64,000 nt of DNA from Candidatus Dormiibacterota bacterium (lineage in GTDB: Bacteria; Chloroflexota; Dormibacteria; Dormibacterales; Dormibacteraceae). The translations under genes and the position numbers were made by a program. How positions within the stretch are numbered: position 1 is the first letter of the stretch; each line of letters begins with the position of its first letter. Location: contig DASUVY010000046.1 of NCBI GenBank assembly GCA_036378695.1, positions 489 through 64,488 on the forward strand. The letters run 5' to 3'. The notes under the pieces were generated by a model. It was not told the DNA's origin. It did not search any database and was given only the letters and a program-made list of their open reading frames with translations. Below, in pieces: positions 36,868-46,241 of this stretch.

Positions 36868-39332
36868 CCGACACCCCCGCGCTGCGCCAGTACCGCGAAG
36901 CCAAGGCGGCGCACCCGGACTCGATCCTCCTCTTCCGGATGGGCGACTTCTACGAGATCTTCTTCGAGGACGCCCAGGCCGCCGCGCCGATCATGGGCGT
37001 CACCCTCACCTCGCGGCCCATGGGCAAGACTGGCCGCGCCCCCATGTGCGGCGTGCCCCACCACTCCTGGCAGGGCTACGTGGGCAAGCTGCTGCGCGCC
37101 GGCCGCTCGGTGGTGATCTGCGAGCAGATGGAGGCGCCCGGCCCGGGCAAAGGCGTGCTCAGGCGCGAGGTCACCCGCGTGTTAACGCCGGGCACCGTGG
37201 TCGAGGAGGCTTACCTGGAGCCGGGGCGCTCCAACTACCTGGTGGCGGCCTGGACTCAAGGCGGGTGGGCCGGCCTGGCCGCCTGCGAGGTCTCGGCGGG
37301 CGAGCTCCTGCTCTGCCAGCTTCCCGCCGAGCGGCTGCCCGCGGAGCTGGACCGCCTGGCGCCGGCCGAGCTGCTGACGCCGCCCGCGGTCGACACCTTC
37401 CGCTTCGACCCCGAGCGGGGCCGCCGCCGGTTGCAGGAGATGCTGGGCATCGCCCACCCCGCGGCGGTGGGAGCGGAGGAGGCGCCGCTGGCGCTGGGCG
37501 CCGCCGGCGTCGTGCTCGACCACCTGAGCCGGGGCCAGGTGCGGGTCGAGCCCGGGCTCTTCCGGGTCCGCACCTACGCGCCCGAGGCCACCATGCAGCT
37601 TGACCCGGCCACCGTTCGCAACCTGGAGCTGCCGGCGCTGCTGAAGCTGGTCGACCGGACGTCGGCCGCCATCGGGGCGCGCCAGCTGCGCGCCTGGCTC
37701 TCGGCGCCGCTGCGCGACGTGGAGGCGATCGAGCTGCGGCTGGGCGCCGTCGCCGAGCTGGCGGCGGGCGGCAGCCAGCGTGAACGCCTGCGCGCGGCGC
37801 TGCGCGAGGTGGGGGACCTGGAGCGGCTGGTGAGCCGCGCCGCCCAGGGCATCTCCTCGCCGCGCGAGCTGGTGGCCCTGCGCCGTTCGCTGGAGGCGCT
37901 GCCGGGTGTGATCGAGGTGCTGGCCGACGCCGGCGCGCTGGCGCTGCGCGCGCTGGCGGGCCGCTTGCAGCCGGCGCCCGTGCTAACCGCCGAGCTGGCG
38001 CGGGCATTGGTCGAGGACCCGCCCGCCAGCGCGCGCGAGCCGGGCGCCGTGCGCGCGGGATTTGACGCGGCGCTGGATTCTATCCGCGACGCCTCGCGCA
38101 CCGCCCGCGAGTACATCGCGGCGCTGGAGGCGCGGGAGCGCGAGCGCACCGGCATCCGCGGCCTGCGGGTCGGCTACAACCGCGTCTTCGGCTACTACAT
38201 CGAGGTCGGCCACGCACATGCGGGCTCGGTGCCGGCGGACTACGTGCGCAAGCAGACCCTGACCGGCGCCGAGCGCTACATCACGCCGGAGATGAAGGAG
38301 CAGGAGGCGGTCGTCCTCAACGCCCAGCACGACGCCCTGGCCCGCGAGCAGGAGGTGCTGAGCGGGCTGTGCGAACGGGTCGCGGCCATTGCCGGGCCGC
38401 TGCTGGCCACGGCCGAAGCCCTGGGCGACCTGGACGCGCTGGCCGCGTTGGCCGAGACGGCCTCGGCTCTGGATTGGGTGCGACCGGAGGTCAGCGCCGG
38501 CCTGGAGCTGCGGATCAGCGGCGGCCGCCATCCGGTCGTCGAAGCCTCTCTGCCCGCCGGCAGCTTCGTCGCCAATGACGTCGAGCTCGACCCCGACGGC
38601 CAGCAGGTGATCGTGCTCACGGGCCCCAACATGGCGGGCAAGTCGACATACCTGCGCCAGGTGGCGCTGATCGTGCTGCTGGCGCAGTGCGGCTCTTTCG
38701 TGCCCGCCGACCAGGCGCGCATCGGGCTCGCTGACCGGGTCTTCACGCGGGTGGGCGCGCACGACGACCTCAGCTCGGGCATGTCGACCTTCATGGTCGA
38801 GATGACGGAATCGGCCAACATCCTCAACCACGCCACCCGCGCTTCGCTGGTGGTCCTGGACGAGGTGGGGAGGGGGACGTCCACCTACGACGGCATCTCG
38901 ATCGCCCAGGCGCTGGTCGAGCACATCCACGACCGCGTTGGCTGTCGCACGCTTTTCGCCACCCACTACCACGAGCTGACGGCGCTGGCCGACCGCCTGC
39001 CCCGCGTCTGCAACCAGCGCGTGGAGGTGGTGGAGGAGGGCGACCGGGTGAGCTTCCTGCACCGGGTGGTGCCGGGCGGCGCCGACCGCTCTTACGGCAT
39101 CCACGTGGCGGCGCTCGCCGGCCTTCCGCCTTCTTTGATCGCTCGAGCGCGCCAGGTGCTGGGCGAGCTGGAGCGGCACCGGCCGCTGGAGCCGCCCGCC
39201 CAGCAGCTGGGCCTGCCGCTGGAAGCGGCGCCCGACCCCGTCTCCGCCGAGCTGAGCGAGCTCGATCTCGACCAGCTCACGCCCATCGAGGCCCTGCAGA
39301 AGCTGTACGAGCTGCGCTCACGCCTGCCTTGA
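36864..39332 (+). CDS. mutS: DNA mismatch repair protein MutS
   Basis: TTGA overlap. TPALRQY...FRMGDFYE N-terminus and Walker A GPNMAGKST. Confidence 0.95.
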   Translation: MTDTPALRQYREAKAAHPDSILLFRMGDFYEIFFEDAQAAAPIMGVTLTSRPMGKTGRAPMCGVPHHSWQGYVGKLLRAGRSVVICEQMEAPGPGKGVLRREVTRVLTPGTVVEEAYLEPGRSNYLVAAWTQGGWAGLAACEVSAGELLLCQLPAERLPAELDRLAPAELLTPPAVDTFRFDPERGRRRLQEMLGIAHPAAVGAEEAPLALGAAGVVLDHLSRGQVRVEPGLFRVRTYAPEATMQLDPATVRNLELPALLKLVDRTSAAIGARQLRAWLSAPLRDVEAIELRLGAVAELAAGGSQRERLRAALREVGDLERLVSRAAQGISSPRELVALRRSLEALPGVIEVLADAGALALRALAGRLQPAPVLTAELARALVEDPPASAREPGAVRAGFDAALDSIRDASRTAREYIAALEARERERTGIRGLRVGYNRVFGYYIEVGHAHAGSVPADYVRKQTLTGAERYITPEMKEQEAVVLNAQHDALAREQEVLSGLCERVAAIAGPLLATAEALGDLDALAALAETASALDWVRPEVSAGLELRISGGRHPVVEASLPAGSFVANDVELDPDGQQVIVLTGPNMAGKSTYLRQVALIVLLAQCGSFVPADQARIGLADRVFTRVGAHDDLSSGMSTFMVEMTESANILNHATRASLVVLDEVGRGTSTYDGISIAQALVEHIHDRVGCRTLFATHYHELTALADRLPRVCNQRVEVVEEGDRVSFLHRVVPGGADRSYGIHVAALAGLPPSLIARARQVLGELERHRPLEPPAQQLGLPLEAAPDPVSAELSELDLDQLTPIEALQKLYELRSRLP

Positions 39333-40948
39333 CGATCCGCCAGCTGCCGCCCGAGGTGGCCGACGCTATCGCCGCCGGCGAGGTCGTGGAGCGCCCGGCG
39401 TCGGTGGTCAAGGAGCTGGTCGAGAACTCGCTGGACGCAGGTGCGCGTCGGATCAGCGTGGAGGTGCGCGCCGCCGGCCGCGGCCTGGTGCGCGTTGCGG
39501 ACGACGGCGGGGGCATCTCGCCCGAGCAGCTGGAGCTGGCTTTCCGGCGCCACGCCACCAGCAAGGTCGCGCGCCTCGAAGACCTGGCCGGGATCGGCAC
39601 CCTCGGCTTTCGGGGGGAGGCGCTGGCCAGCATCGCGGCGGTCTCTGAGGTCGAGTGCCGCACGCAGGCCGCCGCCATCCGGCTCCGCGCCGGCGAGGTG
39701 GTGGCGCGGGGCGCGGCGCCAGCCACGCCGGGGACCGTGGTCGAGGTGCGCGAGCTCTTCGCCAACACGCCCGCCCGCCTCAAGTTCTTGAAGTCGGACG
39801 CCACCGAGACCGCGGCCGCCGCCCAGGTCGTGCGCAGCTACGCCGTGCTGCGGCCGGACGTCCGCTTCGAGCTGGTGGTCGAGGGCCGCCGCGCCCTGGC
39901 CACGCCGGGCGACGGCGATCGCCGCGCGGCCCTGGGCGCCGTGCTGGGGCCGCAGGTGGCGGAGGCCATGCTGGCCGTGGAGGCCGAGGGTCTGCAGGGC
40001 CTGGTCTCCGAGCCGCGCCTGAGCCGGGGCAGCCGGGAGGCCGTGGTGCTGGCCGTCAACTCCCGCCCCGTCGCCTCGCACCGGCTCCAGCACGCGCTGG
40101 AGCAGGCGTACCTGGGCCGCCTGGAGCGCGGCCGCCACCCGGTCGCCGTGCTGGACCTGACGGTGCCCGCCGCCGAGGTGGACGTCAACGTGCACCCGGT
40201 CAAGCGCGAGGTTCGGTTCCGGGACGAAGGCGCGCTCTACGGCCTCGTTCAGCGCGCCGTGCTGGCGGCGCTGGGCGGCTCTCGAGTGTTCGCGATGTCG
40301 CTGCAGACTGTGGCCGCCGGCCCGGCGCCGCGCACCGCTGACATCGCGCTTCCGATGGAGCCGGCGCCCCCCAAGCCCGCCACCCTGCTGCGGCCGCTGG
40401 GGCAGGTGCTGGACGGCTACCTGGTGGCCGAGGGTCCCGACGGCATCCTCCTGGTCGACCAGCACGCCGCCCACGAGCGCGTGCTGTACAACCGCTTCCT
40501 GGCCCGCCTCCGCGGCGCGCCGGCCCCCAGCCAGCCGCTGCTGCTGCCGCAGGTGGTGGAGGTGGAGCCCGCCCTGGCGGCGGCCGCCAGCGACCAAGGC
40601 TCGAGCTTGACCGCCGTGGGCTTCGAGGTCGAGGGCTTCGGGCCGGGCGCGCTCCAGGTGCGGGCCGCACCGGTGGAGACGCCTCCTCAGCGCGTCGAGG
40701 AAGCTCTCGTCGACCTGCTCTCCAGCCTGGCCGGGGCGCGACCCGACGACCGACTGGAGCGAGCTGCCGCCTCCCTGGCCTGCCACTCGGCGGTGCGCTT
40801 CGGCGATGCCATGGACGCCGCCGAGCAGCGCCGGCTGCTGGAGGAGCTGGAGGGCACCGAGGATTCGATCACCTGCCCGCACGGCCGGCCCACGCGGCTG
40901 GAGCTGAGCGCCCAGGAGCTGCGCCGCCACTTCCGGAGGAATTACTGA
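39329..40948 (+). CDS. mutL: DNA mismatch repair protein MutL
   Basis: TTGA overlap. IRQLPPEVADAIAAGEVVERPASVVKELVENSLDAG GHKL ATPase and the C-terminal region ACHSAVRFGD. Confidence 0.93.
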   Translation: MTIRQLPPEVADAIAAGEVVERPASVVKELVENSLDAGARRISVEVRAAGRGLVRVADDGGGISPEQLELAFRRHATSKVARLEDLAGIGTLGFRGEALASIAAVSEVECRTQAAAIRLRAGEVVARGAAPATPGTVVEVRELFANTPARLKFLKSDATETAAAAQVVRSYAVLRPDVRFELVVEGRRALATPGDGDRRAALGAVLGPQVAEAMLAVEAEGLQGLVSEPRLSRGSREAVVLAVNSRPVASHRLQHALEQAYLGRLERGRHPVAVLDLTVPAAEVDVNVHPVKREVRFRDEGALYGLVQRAVLAALGGSRVFAMSLQTVAAGPAPRTADIALPMEPAPPKPATLLRPLGQVLDGYLVAEGPDGILLVDQHAAHERVLYNRFLARLRGAPAPSQPLLLPQVVEVEPALAAAASDQGSSLTAVGFEVEGFGPGALQVRAAPVETPPQRVEEALVDLLSSLAGARPDDRLERAAASLACHSAVRFGDAMDAAEQRRLLEELEGTEDSITCPHGRPTRLELSAQELRRHFRRNY

Positions 40949-41814
40949 CCCCGATCCTGGTCGTGGTCGGGCCGACCGGGATCGGCAAGACCCGAGCGGC
41001 CTTCGAGCTGGCGCTGCGTCTCGACCAAGACGTGCTGGTGGCGGATTCCCGCCAGGCCTACCAGCGGCTCCACATCGCGACCAATCACCCGCCTGCCGAA
41101 TACCGGCAGCGCGTCAACTACCGGGGCATCGAGTTCGCCGACCCGGTCACCGAGGTGGCGACCGTGTTCGACTTCCTGAAGCAGTCCAGCTCGAGCCGGC
41201 CGCTGTCGGTGGTCGAGGGCGGCAGCATGCTCTGGGTCGACGCGCTGACCGAGGGCTTCAACCTGGCCGGCGTGCCCCCCAATCCGGAGCGGCGGGCGGA
41301 CCTGCAGGATGTGCCGGTCGAGGAGCTGGCCGAGATCGTGCGCCGGCTGGATCCGCAAGCCGAGCTCGACTTTCGCAACCGCGTGCGGCTGATCAGGGCG
41401 ATCGAGATCCTGGAGGCCAGCGGTCCGCCCTTGGGCAGCACCCGCCGATGGCGACGCACCCCCGAGTTCAGGCGCTTCGGCCTCGACGCGCCCATGGAGG
41501 TCATCGAGCGGCGCTTGCGGGCCCGCTGCCAGGAGCAGGTCGAGCGCGGCCTGCTGGCCGAGACCGAAGCCGCCCTGGCGGCCGGCGTGCCCCGCAGCCA
41601 CCCGGTGCTGACCGGCATCGGCTACCGCCAGGCGCTCGATTGCCTCGAAGGCCGGATCAGCCAGGCCGAGCTGCCCAACCGCATGTTCATCGCCAACCGG
41701 CGGTACGCGCGCCGCCAGCTGGCCTGGTTCAAGCGCCATCCCCACACGACGTGGGTGGCGGCGGAGCCAGACCCGGTGCCCGCTATCCTGAGATCGCTGG
41801 AGACCGCCGTCTGA
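40945..41814 (+). CDS. miaA: tRNA dimethylallyltransferase MiaA (proposed CTG start at 40945; first canonical GTG at 40963)
   Basis: P-loop GPTGIGKT preceded by the beta-strand ILVVV, which lies upstream of the first canonical start. CTGA overlap with mutL. Confidence 0.88.
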   Translation: MTPILVVVGPTGIGKTRAAFELALRLDQDVLVADSRQAYQRLHIATNHPPAEYRQRVNYRGIEFADPVTEVATVFDFLKQSSSSRPLSVVEGGSMLWVDALTEGFNLAGVPPNPERRADLQDVPVEELAEIVRRLDPQAELDFRNRVRLIRAIEILEASGPPLGSTRRWRRTPEFRRFGLDAPMEVIERRLRARCQEQVERGLLAETEAALAAGVPRSHPVLTGIGYRQALDCLEGRISQAELPNRMFIANRRYARRQLAWFKRHPHTTWVAAEPDPVPAILRSLETAV

Positions 41815-43091
41815 TTCCCACCCAGCCCGTCAAGGAGCGGGCGTACCTGATCGGCGTGCTCCTGCCCGGGACCTCACCGGCCGCCGTCGAGGAGCAGATG
41901 CGGGAGCTGGAGGAGCTCTCGCTCACCGCCGGCGCCGAGGTCGTGGCCTCCGAGGTCCAGCGCCGAGACGAGGTCGAGCCCGGGCTCTTCGTTGGAAAAG
42001 GCAAGGTCGAGGAGATCCGCGAGCGGCGCGAGGAGCTGCGCTACGACCTGGTGGTCTGCAACGAGGACCTGAGCCCGCGCCAGCAGCGCAACCTGGAGCG
42101 CGAGCTGAAGATCAAGGTGGTAGACCGGACCGAGCTGATCCTCGATATCTTCGCCCAGCACGCGCGCACTCGCGAGGGCCGGCTGCAGGTCGAGTCGGCG
42201 CAGCTGCACCACCTTTTGCCGCGCCTGATCGGCGCCTACGACTACCACCGCCAGGGCGGCGGCATCGGCACTCGCGGCGGCCCCGGGGAGCAGCAGATCG
42301 AGGTCGAGCGCCGGCGCATCCGCAAGCGCCTGAAGGACCTGGAGCGGGAGCTGGAGGACGTTCGCCGACAGCGCCAGCAGCAGCGCGCGGCCCGCCGCAG
42401 CTCCGAGCTGGTGACGGTGGCCATCGTGGGCTACACCAACGCGGGCAAGTCCACGCTCCTCAACACCCTCACCCGCGCCGGCGTGCGGGCCGAGAACAAG
42501 CTCTTCGCCACCCTCGATCCCACCACCCGGCGCCTGCGCCTCGAGAGCGGGCGCGAGCTGCTGCTGACCGACACCGTGGGCTTCATCCAGAAGCTTCCGA
42601 CCGACCTGGTGGCGTCCTTCCGGGCGACGCTGGAGGAGGTCACCCACGCGGACATCGTGCTGCACGTGCTCGATGCCAGCGCCCCGGCCGTCCTCGAGCA
42701 CGCGGCCACGGTGGACCAGGTCCTGGGCGAGCTGGGCGCAGCCGACAAGCCGCGGGTGCTGGCGGTGAACAAGGTCGACTTGCTGGGACCCGCAACACGG
42801 CGGCGGGTGCTGGGCGAGATCAGCGAGGGCCACCCGGGCGCGATTCCCATCTCGGCCCTGCAAGGGAACGGCCTCGAGCGGCTGCTGGCGGCGCTGGAGG
42901 CCGCGGCCGAGCAGGATATGGTCCGGCTCAAGATGCTGGTGCCCTACGGACGCGAGCAGGTCCTGCACGAGCTGCGCCAGCTGGGTGGGCTGGAGGGTTC
43001 CGAGTTCACCGAGCGCGGGACCGTGGCCTGGGGCCGGGCGCCGCGGGCCTCCCTGCACCGCTTCCAGCCCTTTTTGCTGGAGGGCGCCTGA
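41811..43091 (+). CDS. hflX: GTPase HflX (proposed CTG start at 41811; alternative GTG at 41751)
   Basis: HflX N-domain (ERAYLIGV...ELEELSLTAGAEVV), GGIGTRGGPGE, and G-domain GYTNAGKST, DTVGF, NKVD. It is 426 aa from the CTG. Confidence 0.9.
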   Translation: MIPTQPVKERAYLIGVLLPGTSPAAVEEQMRELEELSLTAGAEVVASEVQRRDEVEPGLFVGKGKVEEIRERREELRYDLVVCNEDLSPRQQRNLERELKIKVVDRTELILDIFAQHARTREGRLQVESAQLHHLLPRLIGAYDYHRQGGGIGTRGGPGEQQIEVERRRIRKRLKDLERELEDVRRQRQQQRAARRSSELVTVAIVGYTNAGKSTLLNTLTRAGVRAENKLFATLDPTTRRLRLESGRELLLTDTVGFIQKLPTDLVASFRATLEEVTHADIVLHVLDASAPAVLEHAATVDQVLGELGAADKPRVLAVNKVDLLGPATRRRVLGEISEGHPGAIPISALQGNGLERLLAALEAAAEQDMVRLKMLVPYGREQVLHELRQLGGLEGSEFTERGTVAWGRAPRASLHRFQPFLLEGA

Positions 43092-43092
43092 G

Positions 43093-44247
43093 ATGCCGGT
43101 CCAGATCAACCCGGTCCTCACGCGCATGCGGCCCTATCCCTTCCTGAAGCTCAACGAGGCCAAGAAGGCGGCGCTGGCGCGGGGCGTGAAGCTGATCGAC
43201 TTCAGCGTTGGGGATCCCCACGAACGCACCGACCCGGCCATCCGCGAGGCGCTGCTGGAGAGCGTGGAGGAGCGCTCCCGCTACCCGATGTCGGAGGGCC
43301 TGCCGGAGCACCGAGAGGCGATCGCGGCCTGGATCCGCTCGCGTTACGGAGTGACGCTGGATCCCCACCGGGAGGTGGTGCCCACCCTGGGGAGCAAGGA
43401 GGCCATCTTCAGCCTCGCCCAGGTTGTGATCGATCCCGCGTCGGAGCGCAAGCTGGTGGTGGTCACCGAGCCCGGTTATCCCATCCCGGAGCGCGGGGCC
43501 GAGATGGTCGGAGCGCGGGTGCTGGGCCTGCCCCTGCTGGAGGCCAACGGCTTCCTGCCCGACCTGGACTCCGTGCCGGCCGAGGACTGGGACCGGATCG
43601 CCATCTTCTGGATCAACTACCCCAACAACCCCACGGCGGCGGTGGCGCCGCTGGATTTCCTGAACGAGCTGGCCGCGCGCGCCGTGCGCCACGGCTTCCT
43701 GCTGGCTTCGGACGAGGCCTACAGCGAGATCTACTTCGGCGAGCCCACCGCCTCAGCCCTGCAGGTGCGGGACCGCTCCCAGGTCGCGGTCTTCAACACC
43801 CAGAGCAAGCGCTCCTCGATGACCGGCTACCGCGCCGGCTTCGTGGCCGGACCCCCGGAGCTGATCGCGGCCCTGAAGCTGTACCGGCCGCTCAACGGCA
43901 CCGCCGTGCCCGAGTTCATCCAACGGGCCTCGATGGAGGCGTGGGGAAGAGAGGACCACGTGGAGGCCATGCGCGCCGTCTACGCGGAGAAGCGCGCGCT
44001 CTTCATCGACTTTTTCCGCCGCAAGGGCGTGCGCATCGCGGGCTCCGAGGCCACCTTCTACCTCTGGTGCCAGGTCCCCGAGGGGCAGTCGTCGGAAGCC
44101 TTCGCCACCCGGCTGCTGGAGAGCGGGGTGGTGGTGGCGCCGGGGTCCTTCTTCGGGGAGGCCGGCGAGGGCTACTTCCGGCTGGCCCTTGTGCCCACGG
44201 TCGAGGACTGCCGGCGTGCGATCGAGATCCTGGAGCTGGTGCTGTGA
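43093..44247 (+). CDS. Class I PLP aminotransferase, DapC-like (succinyldiaminopimelate aminotransferase candidate)
   Basis: ATG at 43093 inside the listed 42985 ORF. The fold-type I pattern includes the SKRSSMTGYRAG lysine region. Lies directly upstream of dapD. Confidence 0.8.
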   Translation: MPVQINPVLTRMRPYPFLKLNEAKKAALARGVKLIDFSVGDPHERTDPAIREALLESVEERSRYPMSEGLPEHREAIAAWIRSRYGVTLDPHREVVPTLGSKEAIFSLAQVVIDPASERKLVVVTEPGYPIPERGAEMVGARVLGLPLLEANGFLPDLDSVPAEDWDRIAIFWINYPNNPTAAVAPLDFLNELAARAVRHGFLLASDEAYSEIYFGEPTASALQVRDRSQVAVFNTQSKRSSMTGYRAGFVAGPPELIAALKLYRPLNGTAVPEFIQRASMEAWGREDHVEAMRAVYAEKRALFIDFFRRKGVRIAGSEATFYLWCQVPEGQSSEAFATRLLESGVVVAPGSFFGEAGEGYFRLALVPTVEDCRRAIEILELVL

Positions 44248-45062
44248 GCTCCGACCTGGCCGCGGTGATCGACCGCGCCTACGGCGAGCCGGCCGCCCTG
44301 GAGGAGCCCGGGGTGCGGGAGGCGGTCGAGCGCACGATTTCGCTGCTGGACCGGGGCGAAGTGCGCAGCGCCGAGCCCGGCCCCCAGGGCTGGACCGTTA
44401 ATGACTGGGTGAAGAAGGCGATCCTCCTTTACTTCCGGCTGCGGGGGATGGAGACCATTGAGCTGGGCCCCTTCGAGTACCGGGACAAGATCCCACTGAA
44501 GCACGACCTGGCGGCGGCGGGCGTTCGCGTGGTGCCGCCGGCGGTGACCCGCTACGGCGCCTTCCTCTCCGAGGGCGTGATCCAGATGCCGTCCTACGTC
44601 AACATCGGCGCCTGGGTCGGCCCGGGCACCATGGTCGACACCTGGGCCACCGTCGGTTCCTGCGCCCAAATCGGCGCCCGTGTGCACCTGGCGGGCGGGG
44701 TCGGCATCGGCGGCGTGTTGGAGCCGGTGAACGCGCGGCCCGTGATCGTGGAGGACGACGCCTTCATCGGCTCCCGGGCCATCGTGACCGAGGGCGTGCT
44801 GGTGGGCGCGGGCGCCATCCTGGGGGCCAACGTGGTGCTGACCGCGTCCACGCCGGTCGTGGACGTCACCGGCAGCCGGCCGGTCGAGCATCGCGGGGCG
44901 GTGCCGGCCAACGCGGTGGTGGTGCCGGGCACGCGCTTGAAGCAGTTCCCGGCCGGGGAGTTCGGGGTGGCCACCGGCCTGATCATCGGCTGGCGCAGCG
45001 CGCGCCAGGAAGCACGGGTCTCCCTGAACGACGCGCTGCGCGAGTTCGGCGTTTCCGGCTAG
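44244..45062 (+). CDS. dapD: 2,3,4,5-tetrahydropyridine-2,6-dicarboxylate N-succinyltransferase
   Basis: GTGA overlap. Hexapeptide-repeat left-handed beta-helix region (SYVNIGAWVGPGTMVDTWATVGSCAQIG...). Confidence 0.88.
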   Translation: MSSDLAAVIDRAYGEPAALEEPGVREAVERTISLLDRGEVRSAEPGPQGWTVNDWVKKAILLYFRLRGMETIELGPFEYRDKIPLKHDLAAAGVRVVPPAVTRYGAFLSEGVIQMPSYVNIGAWVGPGTMVDTWATVGSCAQIGARVHLAGGVGIGGVLEPVNARPVIVEDDAFIGSRAIVTEGVLVGAGAILGANVVLTASTPVVDVTGSRPVEHRGAVPANAVVVPGTRLKQFPAGEFGVATGLIIGWRSARQEARVSLNDALREFGVSG

Positions 45063-45238
45063 GGGTCGGGCCGAAACGGGGGTCGACGGATTTCGCGATC
45101 CAGACGCTCCGAGGCGTCAGCCGGCGACGAGGCGCGGAAGGAGCGCAGCTGAGGCTGCGTGACTGAGCACCGCAGAAGCTGGCGTCCGCATCGGACGCCT
45201 GGGCGCGAAAGACGCGGCAGCCGGTTCGGTACGACCCC
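45062..45238. repeat. Structured intergenic element, copy 2; fills the whole convergent dapD/lexA gap
   Basis: Terminal arms GGGGTCGGGCCGAAAC (45062-45077) and GGTTCGGTACGACCCC (45223-45238). Internal hairpins GACGC/GCGTC and GGCGTCCG-CAT-CGGACGCC. The core at 45141-45180 is homologous to 23953-23992. Confidence 0.6.
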
Positions 45239-45853
45239 CTAGTTGAGGAACCTCATAACGCCCTTGACCAGGCCCACGACCTGGGCGTTGGGCGCCACGA
45301 TCGGCTGGTAGTCCTCGTTCTCGGGCAGCAGCCGGACCTGGCCATTGCGGCGGTCCAGGCGCTTGCAGGTGGCCTCGCCGTCGACCATGGCCACGATGAT
45401 CTGGCCGTTGTCGGCGCTGGGCTGGGGCCGGACCAGTACCAGGTCGCCATCCAGGATGCCGGCGTTGACCATGGAGTCCCCGCGCACCTTGAGCAGGAAC
45501 CAGCCGTCCTGGGCCAGGGACTCGGAGATCAGGATGTGGTCCTCGATGTTCTGCTCGGCCAGGATCGGGGTGCCGGCGGCGACATTGCCGACCACCGGCA
45601 CGCGGACCGCGCCCCGGACCTCGTCAGCGTCACGACCGGCCTTGACCAGCTGCACCGTGCGCGACTTGCTGGGGTCGCGGTGGATGAGGCCGCGCCGCTC
45701 CAGCTGGTTCAGGTGGTTGTGCACCGTGGAGCTGGAGGACAGCCCGACCGCTTCGCCGATCTCGCGCACGCTGGGCGGGTAGTTGCGGGTGCGGCTGACG
45801 TGCCGGATGTACTCGAGGATCCGGGATTGCCGATCTGAGAGTTCTTCGTTCAA
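45239..45853 (-). CDS. lexA: LexA repressor
   Basis: Winged-helix N-terminus (PPSVREIGEAVGL), the Ala-Gly cleavage region VAAG, and S24 peptidase motifs (GDSM, IVA.V). TTG start. Confidence 0.95.
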   Translation of the reverse strand: MNEELSDRQSRILEYIRHVSRTRNYPPSVREIGEAVGLSSSSTVHNHLNQLERRGLIHRDPSKSRTVQLVKAGRDADEVRGAVRVPVVGNVAAGTPILAEQNIEDHILISESLAQDGWFLLKVRGDSMVNAGILDGDLVLVRPQPSADNGQIIVAMVDGEATCKRLDRRNGQVRLLPENEDYQPIVAPNAQVVGLVKGVMRFLN

Positions 45854-45906
45854 TTGCTACCTCGTGAAAAAGTGCTGAGCTGATGAGGCGAGGCTCATGC
45901 TAGCAC

Positions 45907-45964
45907 CGAACAAGTGATCGCGCAAACCTTTGTTCGTGCTAAGCTTCCTGCGAACAGATGTACG
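45907..45964. promoter_or_regulatory. Three tandem imperfect LexA boxes in the lexA / LysM-gene divergent region
   Basis: CGAACAAGTGATCG (45907-45920), CAAACCTTTGTTCG (45923-45936) and CGAACAGATGTACG (45951-45964). Each is one mismatch from CGAAC-N4-GTTCG, and the third overlaps the LysM gene ATG. Confidence 0.65.
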
Positions 45965-46218
45965 CGTTGCGCCGCGGTTGGCTTTTGGTCCTGGTACTGG
46001 CCTTGCTCTGCTTCGCGTGCGCGCGCTCGGCCTGGAGCGCCTCGGCGGCCGACTACGCCACGGTGACCGTGCGCCCGGGCGACACCGTCTGGTCGATCGC
46101 GGCCCAGCGCTATCCAGGCGCCGACACCCGCGACAAGGTGGGGGAGATCCTCGCCGCCAACCGGCTCCATGACTCCCTGTTGCGGCCGGGCCAGAAGCTC
46201 AGGGTGCCCAGCAGCTAG
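45958..46218 (+). CDS. Small membrane-anchored LysM protein, YneA/ChiZ-like candidate SOS cell-division inhibitor
   Basis: 86 aa with an N-terminal hydrophobic segment then a LysM domain (TVRPGDTVWSIAAQRY...GQKLRVP). Divergent from lexA with LexA boxes, as for B. subtilis yneA. Confidence 0.8.
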   Translation: MYALRRGWLLVLVLALLCFACARSAWSASAADYATVTVRPGDTVWSIAAQRYPGADTRDKVGEILAANRLHDSLLRPGQKLRVPSS

Positions 46219-46241
46219 AGGTCCGTCGCTACGCTGGCGCC

